Shown here piece by piece: positions 20,497 to 28,414 of a DNA stretch of 64,000 bases (positions within the stretch are counted from its first letter, which is position 1; each line of letters opens with the position of its first letter). The position numbers were made by a program, and so were the translations under genes. The stretch lies in contig JAHPZE010000011.1 in NCBI GenBank assembly GCA_019058365.1, forward strand, positions 60,921 through 124,920, given 5' to 3'. The notes beneath the pieces were generated by a model. It was not told the origin of the DNA, searched no databases, and worked only from the letters and a program-made list of their open reading frames with translations. This DNA is from Promethearchaeota archaeon. GTDB taxonomy: Archaea; Asgardarchaeota; Lokiarchaeia; Sigyniarchaeales; SOKP01.

Positions 20497-21081
20497 TCAT
20501 TTATCGTTTAATAGCCATTTTCTCAATTTAAGAGCAATAAAGTAAAAAATAATCGGAGCAGCTAACCAAATTAATTGAGGCAGTAATGTAATATTATGAC
20601 CATTAAAAATGAATAATCTAGGATTCCACCAATATTCAATATATTCCCAAGCATTACTAAAAGTGCTGGTTAGTTCAACAATCAATTCAGAAACTTGACT
20701 ATAAATAATCATTATAGCAAATTCACAAGATTTAAACCTCTCAAAAATAGGTTTCTTACACATAATTCGTATAAGTAAAACTCCTAAAAGGAACAACCCT
20801 CCATCCCATAGGCTATGAGTTATTATTATTAAAATTGTTGAAACCGGAGAAGGTAATGGAGGTGGGATTATAAATCTTGCTGGGGGAAGACTGCTAATTT
20901 CGTTTGCTATAGATAATGGAAGTTCCCAACACAGGCCTAATAAAAATCCAGTCCAAAATAAATACCAAAAATTTTTGCTTATCTTTTGAAATTTATATAA
21001 AAAATAAACGGTTAAGCAAATTAAGATACCAGCAATCCAAATAAACCAATAAAAAAGCGCCACTTTTAATATTTCTTTCAA
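20497..21081 (-). CDS. Integral membrane protein, unknown function
   Basis: About 5 hydrophobic segments; WELPL, HSLWDGG and WEY motifs. Confidence 0.7.
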   Translation of the reverse strand: MKEILKVALFYWFIWIAGILICLTVYFLYKFQKISKNFWYLFWTGFLLGLCWELPLSIANEISSLPPARFIIPPPLPSPVSTILIIITHSLWDGGLFLLGVLLIRIMCKKPIFERFKSCEFAIMIIYSQVSELIVELTSTFSNAWEYIEYWWNPRLFIFNGHNITLLPQLIWLAAPIIFYFIALKLRKWLLNDK

Positions 21082-21166
21082 TCTTAAATAGATTATATAA
21101 AAATTAAAAGCGTTAAATGAATTATTGAAAATAAATTAATAAAATATTTTAAAAAGGGATACAAAA

Positions 21167-21733
21167 ATGAAAGTTGTATTATTTAATGGAAGTCCAAGAA
21201 AAGAGGGCAATACATATCATTGCTTAAATGTAGTGATGGATGAATTGAAAGCTGCTGGAATTGAATGTGATTATAACTGGATTGGAATGGAAAAATTACA
21301 AGGTTGTACTGCTTGCATGAAATGTACAGAAAATGATGATCAGAGGTGTGTATTGAAAGGGGATAAAATGAATGAATATATAGAAAAAATGTTAAATTCT
21401 GATGGAATCATTATTGGTTCCCCTACATATTTTTCAGATTTATCAACAAGCACAAAAGCTTTAATAGAACGTGCCGGATATGCAACTGGAGGACATTTGA
21501 AGCATAAGGTAGGTGCAGCAGTAGTCGCTGTTAGGAGAGCTGGCGCAAATCACGTATTTTCTAGCATTAATTACTTCTTCCTCATTAAACAGATGTTTGT
21601 AGTAGGATCAAGTTATTGGAATGTCGGTTTTGGAAGGCAACCGGGAGAGGTGTTAGAGGACGAAGAGGGTATTAGAACATTTGAAAATTTAGGGAAAAAT
21701 TTTGCTTATTTACTTAAAAAACTTAAATCTTAA
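21167..21733 (+). CDS. Iron-sulfur flavoprotein (Isf)/flavodoxin-fold FMN reductase
   Basis: GSPRKEGNT, CTACMKC...C, GSPTYF. Confidence 0.9.
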   Translation: MKVVLFNGSPRKEGNTYHCLNVVMDELKAAGIECDYNWIGMEKLQGCTACMKCTENDDQRCVLKGDKMNEYIEKMLNSDGIIIGSPTYFSDLSTSTKALIERAGYATGGHLKHKVGAAVVAVRRAGANHVFSSINYFFLIKQMFVVGSSYWNVGFGRQPGEVLEDEEGIRTFENLGKNFAYLLKKLKS

Positions 21734-21762
21734 TCTTTTTTTGAAGATTTTTATCGTTATAA

Positions 21763-21969
21763 TATGGAAAATATAGCCTTAAATTTAATAATGCTGAAAG
21801 AATGCTTATTAGTAAAGCTCTGGCTTTTATGAAACGCAATAATATTAATTACTTTTACTTAAGTTTTTTATTGCCTGAAAAAGCTTATACACAAAAAGAT
21901 GTTGAAAATATTTTAAACCTGATAGAAAGAAATATCTTTCAATTAAAAGAAGTAGAAGCCTTAAAATAA
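21763..21969 (+). pseudogene. 3' remnant of a longin/winged-helix-type gene
   Basis: Open frame ...ERMLISKALAFMKRNNINYFYLSFLL...ILNLIERNIFQ resembles KKAIIDFAKELLASKTFFFIINL...VYNLIEKNIILP in 47963-49336; no 5' part. Confidence 0.5.
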
Positions 21970-21990
21970 AAAAAAAAGGAAGAAAATTAA

Positions 21991-22596
21991 TTATTCAGGT
22001 TTTTTTCCCTTTCTCCAATAAGCAAAGTATACAATTAGTAAGATTATTGCTGCTGGAATTCCGATATATATTAAGAGCCACATAATTGTTAAGAACCATG
22101 CATATATCCAATAAGAATAAGGTTCACTACCAAAAGGAGCGTTGTAATGTCCATCAAAAGCAAGATAAATACAATAAAATATTAACATAAAGAAACCAAA
22201 ACCACCACCGCCCCCATATTCTTTTTTTCTATGGGTTTTTTTCTTCTCTCTGTCTTTGAAAAACTGTTTTTTTTCGGGAGCTAAACTACGCCACCATAAA
22301 TAACCTCCTAAACCAAAAAACAATCCTGCTGGAACACCCACAAATAAAAGTTCCCATAAAATTAGAAGGATAATAAAACCTACGACCCAATTCATCCTCC
22401 ATTCGCCAATTAAAGCAGCACCTTGTCTTCCAAGTGGGGTTGTTTCAATAAACCAAAACAAAACAAGAAGAGCTCCGATGATAGCACAAATACCGGCAAT
22501 AATTACTACTACAAGTGGTATCCGATAATCTCTCCAAATTCCTTTCCAAAATTGCTTTTCACTTAATTCATCACTATTTTCCATAAAGATTACCAA
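21991..22596 (-). CDS. Membrane protein, unknown function
   Basis: Four hydrophobic segments in two similar halves joined by a basic/Gly-rich linker. Confidence 0.7.
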   Translation of the reverse strand: MVIFMENSDELSEKQFWKGIWRDYRIPLVVVIIAGICAIIGALLVLFWFIETTPLGRQGAALIGEWRMNWVVGFIILLILWELLFVGVPAGLFFGLGGYLWWRSLAPEKKQFFKDREKKKTHRKKEYGGGGGFGFFMLIFYCIYLAFDGHYNAPFGSEPYSYWIYAWFLTIMWLLIYIGIPAAIILLIVYFAYWRKGKKPE

Positions 22597-22737
22597 TTTT
22601 TTTTGTTAAAATTTTGTATAAGATATAAAGAGAAGTATTTAAAATTAACTAGCATTTATTATTGAATGGTTTTATAAACTTATTCAGAAGCACAAAAAAT
22701 ATAAGAAAAAAGAACTATTAAAATTATAAGGATATAA

Positions 22738-22757
22738 ATTATTAAGAACCTAACTAA
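22738..22757. promoter_or_regulatory. Degenerate operator copy upstream of marR
   Basis: ATTATTAAGAACCTAACTAA matches the palindrome at 23319 in 15 of 20 positions. Confidence 0.55.
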
Positions 22758-22760
22758 GAT

Positions 22761-23237
22761 TTGATAATAATGGATGATAAGAATTCTTCAAAATCTTTAG
22801 ATATTTATTGTCAACCAGAAGATATTGTTGAAGTTTTTGAACTTATTAACACATTAAATAAAAAATATGAAAAAATACAACGTGAAAATATACAACAATT
22901 GGAGCTTACACCTACACAACATCTAATACTAAGAGAATTATGGAGATCTGATGGTCAACAATTTAAAAATTTAGCGGAAACATGTAATTGTTCTAGATCC
23001 ACAATTACAGGTGTAGTAGACACAATGGAGAAGAACGATTTGGTATCTCGTGACTCACATCCTAACGATAGAAGAAGCTTGCTGGTTAGACTTACAAAAA
23101 AGGGAAAGGACTTAAGAACTAAAACACCTCGATTAGAATCAATGGTAAATGGATGTTGTCCTGGAATCAATGAGGAAGAAATAAAAAAATTAGGAGAATT
23201 ACTCCAAAAACTACTGAATTCACTAACTTCTTTATGA
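22761..23237 (+). CDS. MarR-family regulator with CxC and CC motifs
   Basis: LTPTQHLIL, TCNCSRSTITGVVDTME, DRRSLLVRLTKKG, NGCCPG. Start is likely the ATG at 22770. Confidence 0.92.
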   Translation: MIIMDDKNSSKSLDIYCQPEDIVEVFELINTLNKKYEKIQRENIQQLELTPTQHLILRELWRSDGQQFKNLAETCNCSRSTITGVVDTMEKNDLVSRDSHPNDRRSLLVRLTKKGKDLRTKTPRLESMVNGCCPGINEEEIKKLGELLQKLLNSLTSL

Positions 23238-23280
23238 AATTATTAAATCTTCATTCAATTTTGATTCTTTTTTTAATATT

Positions 23281-23348
23281 TTTGTTAGGATCTTAATTAT
23301 ACGAAACAAAACTTTTATATAGTTAGGATCCTAACTATCACCTAACTA
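23281..23348. promoter_or_regulatory. Operator array overlapping a TATA box
   Basis: Perfect palindrome ATAGTTAGGATCCTAACTAT at 23319-23338; 16/20 copy at 23281-23300; half-site CCTAACTA at 23341-23348; TTTATATA at 23314-23321. Confidence 0.75.
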
Positions 23349-23379
23349 ATTAAAAATGTTATTGAGGTTATAATTACAA

Positions 23380-23478
23380 ATGAGAGATAAAAATGAAAAA
23401 TGTTGTTCTGAAGGATGTTGTGGTGAAGAGACTAAAAGTGTAAAAGAAGAAATTCAGTCAAAAGAAAGATGTTGTTAA
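23380..23478 (+). CDS. 32-aa peptide with three vicinal Cys pairs (metallothionein/metallochaperone-like; not in ORF track)
   Basis: MRDKNEKCCSEGCCGEETKSVKEEIQSKERCC; GAGGT upstream; first ORF after the operator. Confidence 0.75.
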   Translation: MRDKNEKCCSEGCCGEETKSVKEEIQSKERCC

Positions 23479-23666
23479 AGCGACAATACGATGTTTAAAT
23501 CAAATCTAATTTAAAAATTATAGATCAAAATTTTTATTTTTTTAAGTTTTATTTCAAAAAAAAAATACAGATTGGATAAAACTGTTAGTGATTAGAATTT
23601 GTTGAAAAAATGCAATCCAAAAATCGTTTTATACTATTTGTAAAATAATCAATTAACAAAATTAAT

Positions 23667-24293
23667 ATGGAGTTTAAAAAAATGAATGTACTGGGTATAG
23701 CAGGGACTCCTAGAAAGCAAGGGAATAGTGAAATCCTCTTAAGATATGCTTTAAAACCATTTAAAAATAATGGATGGGATATTAAAATTTTTCTTTTAAG
23801 TGCATTAACAATAAAACCTTGTAATGCCTGCGACTCATGCAAGAAAACTGGTACCTGTATTATTAATGATGATATGCAAGGGATTTACGATGCATTTCAA
23901 AGGTGTAATGCGATTATAATCTCAAGTCCTGTTTATTACCTAAATGTTAATGCTCAATTACTGTCCTTACTTGATAGATACTATGCAGTAAATAGTACAA
24001 AACCTTTAGAAGGGAAAGTAGGTGGAGCTATTGCTGTTGGTAATGGAACAAATGGAGGTCAAACATTAGCTCTTAATGCTATTTACACATGGATGCTCTC
24101 ATGTGGAATAATATGTGTTCCTGGTGTATTAAATGGGGTAAAAGCTGTAGCAGATAAGCCAGGTGATATTTTAAGCCAAAAAAACCAGTTAAAGCAAGCA
24201 GAAATTCTTGGACTTAATATTCTAAAAGTAGCAAAAGAGTTAAAATCCATCACGAGTTTTAATAAATACCCTAAATATAATAAAAAGGTGTGA
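23667..24293 (+). CDS. Iron-sulfur flavoprotein (Isf)/flavodoxin-fold protein
   Basis: GTPRKQGNS, CNACDSC...C, SSPVYY; stop overlaps the next start (GTGA). Confidence 0.9.
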   Translation: MEFKKMNVLGIAGTPRKQGNSEILLRYALKPFKNNGWDIKIFLLSALTIKPCNACDSCKKTGTCIINDDMQGIYDAFQRCNAIIISSPVYYLNVNAQLLSLLDRYYAVNSTKPLEGKVGGAIAVGNGTNGGQTLALNAIYTWMLSCGIICVPGVLNGVKAVADKPGDILSQKNQLKQAEILGLNILKVAKELKSITSFNKYPKYNKKV

Positions 24294-25975
24294 TTAATAT
24301 CGCAGTAGTCTATATGCGAAAGTTGGAATTAGAACCAGAGTCATACGAATCAAATTTCACAGCTCTAACAAAAGGAGCAAATGAGGAAGTACAAGATTGG
24401 ATATTGGGACGAATTAAAGCACAAGAGAAAATTCTAGAAGTAGGCTGTGGAACAGGTATTTTCGCAGCAAAAATGGCTTTAAGAGGAAATGAGGTATTTG
24501 CAATTGATAAAAACCATAGAATGATAACTACTGCAATGAAAAATTACCCTTCTAAATCAGATCTTAAATTGTTATATCAGATAGGCACTATAGATGATCT
24601 ACCAGTTCAGGATAACTCAATAGATATTATTATTAATACATTTATGCTTTCAGAACTTAGGCCCTTTGAACAACAAATTTTTCTTAGAAATGCATGGAAA
24701 GCTTTAAAACCGAATGGTCGAATGATTATAGCAGCAGAATTTATACCTACAGGTTTCTGGAAGCTTTGGTTTAACATAAAACGTTGGTGGTATAAAAAGA
24801 AATTAAGAAGACTTAGAATAGAAAGTACATTTTTAGTGAAGTGGTTCTTTAATTATTTGGAGCCTATTGGTTTTGAAATTTCAACTATAAAAAAGTGGCG
24901 ACATGGATCAATTCAGGTAATTGAATTAAAAAAGAATGACAATTTAGATGAACCTGGGTATTATCGTCCTAAATTAAGAAAAGCTAAAGGCTTTGGTTCT
25001 CAAATGAGTATTTATCGCTGTCTATTTACTGGACAAACTGATCATATACCAATTGAACCAGGTATTTACCAATCTGGTAATCCCAATGAAAATTCTCCTA
25101 TTATTGTGACAGCTAATTATGTTTATACATATATTAAAGTGATGCGTGCTCTTAAAGGAATAGATTCTTGGGTATTATGTTTAGATTCGAGAGGAATAAA
25201 TGTTTGGTGTGCTGCACGAGGAAACAATTTTGGAAATAAGCAATTAATTGAAGCCGTTAAAACTACGGGAATAGCAAATATTACTAATAAAAAGACAATT
25301 ATTGTACCTCAACTCTCAGCAGGAGGAATCGCAACACCGCTGATAAAAGCTGAGGCCCCAGACTTTCCATTTAATGTTGTATATGGTCCTGTATGGGCTA
25401 AATTTTTACCTAAATACTTAGAAGAACGTCCCGCTCGAAAACCTGATAAAATGAAATTAGCAAAATTTACAATATCGCATCGTTTTCGAGCAGAAATTAC
25501 ACATACAACATTTTTACTTCGAAAGATTTTTCTATGGCCCAGTATCGCCATAATTTTATTATTTACAGGTCTAAGTTTTATTAATCCTGTATGGATAACA
25601 CAATTATTGATTGTGGGCGAAATTTGGCTTTGGATAATTATAGCAAATGCGCTTATTGCGATATTTTTTCCCATAACAAAATTTACGAGGAAATTTATCA
25701 ATAAAGGAATCATTTTTGGAGTTATTAATGTTTTATTGTTTGGTGGAATTTCTTGGCTTTTTCATTATTCTCTGTTATCCATTCTTCTGAGTAGTATTTT
25801 TTACTTTTGGTTAGCTTTCTTTTCGACAATGTCATTTAGTGGATATACTATGGCAACAAGTCCTAGAGAAATTCAAGATGAGTATCCTATTTTCAGTAAA
25901 ATTAATATGATTTTATTGATAATAGGTCTTGTTACCAAAATTATTGGGTTCATTTTTTTTAATATTTTAAAATAA
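24290..25975 (+). CDS. Class I SAM methyltransferase fused to an HgcA-like corrinoid protein with C-terminal membrane domain
   Basis: N-terminal ILEVGCGTG and LKPNG. Then IEPGIY..GNP..NSPIIVTANY, GINVWCAARG cap helix, PQLSAGG and YGPV; about 5 TM helices; FSGYTMATS. Confidence 0.88.
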   Translation: MINIAVVYMRKLELEPESYESNFTALTKGANEEVQDWILGRIKAQEKILEVGCGTGIFAAKMALRGNEVFAIDKNHRMITTAMKNYPSKSDLKLLYQIGTIDDLPVQDNSIDIIINTFMLSELRPFEQQIFLRNAWKALKPNGRMIIAAEFIPTGFWKLWFNIKRWWYKKKLRRLRIESTFLVKWFFNYLEPIGFEISTIKKWRHGSIQVIELKKNDNLDEPGYYRPKLRKAKGFGSQMSIYRCLFTGQTDHIPIEPGIYQSGNPNENSPIIVTANYVYTYIKVMRALKGIDSWVLCLDSRGINVWCAARGNNFGNKQLIEAVKTTGIANITNKKTIIVPQLSAGGIATPLIKAEAPDFPFNVVYGPVWAKFLPKYLEERPARKPDKMKLAKFTISHRFRAEITHTTFLLRKIFLWPSIAIILLFTGLSFINPVWITQLLIVGEIWLWIIIANALIAIFFPITKFTRKFINKGIIFGVINVLLFGGISWLFHYSLLSILLSSIFYFWLAFFSTMSFSGYTMATSPREIQDEYPIFSKINMILLIIGLVTKIIGFIFFNILK

Positions 25976-26023
25976 AATAGAATAAATAAAATAAACAAAA
26001 TAATATAATTAGAGATAAAAAAG

Positions 26024-26329
26024 GTGGTAAAAGTAACAGTAAAACCAACCTCAATTAAGATACCGACAGTTCTTCCAAAAATCTCGATAAATCCCGATTT
26101 GTGCACAGGTTGTGGCATATGCGGAGAAGTATGTCCGTTTGGAATACCAAAACCTAATAATGAAGGAAAATTTGAGATGTATGAACCAGAACGCTGTACA
26201 GAATGTTCAGCTTGTAAACGAAATTGCCCGACAATGGCTATCATATTACAAGAACGAAAAGGTTGCGGTTGTTTATGGAATGCACGTGCAGTAGCGAAAA
26301 ATCCACAAATTAATAGTTGTTGTGGATAA
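26024..26329 (+). CDS. HgcB-like 2[4Fe-4S] ferredoxin
   Basis: CTGCGICGEVCP, CTECSACKRNCP, GCGC and C-terminal SCCG; directly follows the hgcA-like gene. Confidence 0.85.
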   Translation: MVKVTVKPTSIKIPTVLPKISINPDLCTGCGICGEVCPFGIPKPNNEGKFEMYEPERCTECSACKRNCPTMAIILQERKGCGCLWNARAVAKNPQINSCCG

Positions 26330-26368
26330 GAGATTAAACTTTCCTTAATTTTAGTTTTTTTTAGATGT

Positions 26369-27226
26369 TTAATAATCAAACATCTTTCTCTTCTTCTCTT
26401 CAAGAAAGCTTCTTCTAGTCAAGATCTCCATTTCCGCATTTAGCCAACAAAGTTCATCATAAGTACAGCTTGAATTGAAGACTTCCTCTGCCTTTCTCTT
26501 AATATCTTCAATAGAGGGCATATCAAGGTTTATTTTCTGAATTTTTTCAGCTAAAATCCAACATAGTTGGTCGTAAGTATATTCATCTAAAGAAAGATAA
26601 TATGCTGCTTCCCTTATTTGTGTCTTAAAATCTGGCTCTTCTGGTTGTTCTTTTTTCTCTTCAACTTTTTTTTGTTCCTTGGGTTCCATTTCAACTTTCG
26701 CGGGAGGTTGTTCAAACTCAACGAATTTAACAGTTTCAGGAGATTCTTTTAGCTTTTTAGATAGCTCATAGCTTCTATGATCCTTAATTTGTTGAAGCCA
26801 CTCTAATATTGGTGTTTCAATTTTTCTTTCTCTCTCTTCCACAGGTACATTAAATTTAACAGGTTTTATCCTTTCAGAAGGTGTTTTTAATACAAATTCT
26901 GGTCTTCGTTCAACAGTTTTCCCTGGTATTAACCCTCTTTCAAGATCATGCATCATAGCTAAAAAGGAGCCATATTCTCTCTTTTGTTTCATGATCAAGA
27001 TTTTTACTGATCCACCACGTTCTTTATCTATCTTCCGAGCAATTTCAGCAATAATATCCTTTTTTTCTTGAGGTACTTCTAAACCTACCCAAATATAAAT
27101 AGTATTTTTTTCTTCGTCATCAACAAGATATCCATTATTTTCATTAAAAGATAATCTATCTATCTTAATTAATTCGCCCTCATTACTAATATTAAATAGT
27201 TTCATTACACTCTCTCTCATGAACAT
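26369..27226 (-). CDS. Single-domain gelsolin with C-terminal X domain (1DGelX-like actin regulator)
   Basis: Gelsolin-fold YLVDD...IYIWVG...Q.RE...F; acidic linker; two AYYLS..YD.LCW..AE repeats. Confidence 0.8.
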   Translation of the reverse strand: MFMRESVMKLFNISNEGELIKIDRLSFNENNGYLVDDEEKNTIYIWVGLEVPQEKKDIIAEIARKIDKERGGSVKILIMKQKREYGSFLAMMHDLERGLIPGKTVERRPEFVLKTPSERIKPVKFNVPVEERERKIETPILEWLQQIKDHRSYELSKKLKESPETVKFVEFEQPPAKVEMEPKEQKKVEEKKEQPEEPDFKTQIREAAYYLSLDEYTYDQLCWILAEKIQKINLDMPSIEDIKRKAEEVFNSSCTYDELCWLNAEMEILTRRSFLEEKKRKMFDY

Positions 27227-27382
27227 TCTAACAATATAAGAATAAATAAATTAAAAATTTAAAAATCTTTTTTCCCTCTTAAGTTTTTGAATTCCTTAAG
27301 TTTAATAATATAACGTCTATTATGTTCTTATAATTATTTACTTATTTTAAATAAAATAAAATTTTTAAAAACGAGTATAGAA

Positions 27383-27868
27383 ATGACAGATAAAAAAGAT
27401 TTCACGCCCCAAGAATATGAGGCTCTCATTGAAGAATTGATGATAGAAAATGAAGCTCTTAAAAAGAGGATTGCTGAAATAGAAAACAGAGATCTGTCTT
27501 TTAAAGTTCAAGAAGAATCAATTAAAGAAACCGAAACACCTATAATTGAAGCAGAGACAAATGAACCTGTGATATTAGTTGAAGATGTAATTAAACAAGA
27601 GGAAATTAAACATTTTGAACAAAAAAAAGAGATGGTTATTTCAGAATCAACTTTCTCTAAAGATGAAGTTCCTCTCGAAATGGGTAAAGGAAAGATTATC
27701 CAAGGAGTTTCAAGAAGAGAATGTCCTAAATGTGGGAATAAAAATAAAATGCTTATTCGAGAAACGATTGATAAAACGCATATAATATGTGATTACCCCC
27801 GTATATGCGGTAAAAAGTACCATTGTGGTGAATGTGGCGTGGAATGGCGTGTGCCACTAGAGATGTAA
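27383..27868 (+). CDS. Coiled-coil + acidic linker + C-terminal zinc ribbon protein
   Basis: RECPKCGN...KKYHCGECGVEWR. Confidence 0.75.
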   Translation: MTDKKDFTPQEYEALIEELMIENEALKKRIAEIENRDLSFKVQEESIKETETPIIEAETNEPVILVEDVIKQEEIKHFEQKKEMVISESTFSKDEVPLEMGKGKIIQGVSRRECPKCGNKNKMLIRETIDKTHIICDYPRICGKKYHCGECGVEWRVPLEM

Positions 27869-28018
27869 GAATAAAATTTAAGGATTATTAGAATTTTATA
27901 TTTCTTATTTTTACTTAGGGGATTATGAAAATCATCAAATTAAACATGTTCGATTTTATCTTTAAATTAAACTCTACTTTATTAATTTTATAAAATAAAA
28001 TATGAGTTTAATACAGCT

Positions 28019-28345
28019 ATGAATGATAAGAATATCAGAAAAGTAATATTAGATTTAGATTCTATGCTCGATTTTCAAGAAGGATCTGTTGTTAGCAGAG
28101 CAATTATTAATAAGGATGTTGGAACAGTAACTTTGTTTTCTTTCGATAAGGATGAGGGTTTAAGTGAACATACCGCACCATTTGATGCCCTTGTTTACAT
28201 TTTCAATGGAGAAGCGGAAATAACAATCTCAAATAAAAAATTTGTATTGAAAAAGGGCCAGATGATTATTATGCCCGCTAATGAACCACACGCATTGAAA
28301 GCTCTGGAAAAATTTAAGATGATGTTAGTAATGATTAAATCCTAA
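28019..28345 (+). CDS. Cupin domain protein
   Basis: LSEHTAPFDA...MPANEPHAL. Confidence 0.9.
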   Translation: MNDKNIRKVILDLDSMLDFQEGSVVSRAIINKDVGTVTLFSFDKDEGLSEHTAPFDALVYIFNGEAEITISNKKFVLKKGQMIIMPANEPHALKALEKFKMMLVMIKS

Positions 28346-28414
28346 ATACAAACAAAATTTGTAATATTTTATCTTATTTTTTTTTTTGGTAAATAAATAA
28401 TTGCTGCTTAAAAA

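Noticed and set aside
24290-25975. Calling the gene hgcA outright, or cdhE/acsC
   Set aside because: The cap-helix motif deviates and an extra domain is fused, so Hg methylation is unproven; the TM domain and HgcB-like neighbour argue against CdhE.
27383-27868. TFS/RpoM transcription factor
   Set aside because: Lacks the acidic DE hairpin and the N-terminal ribbon.
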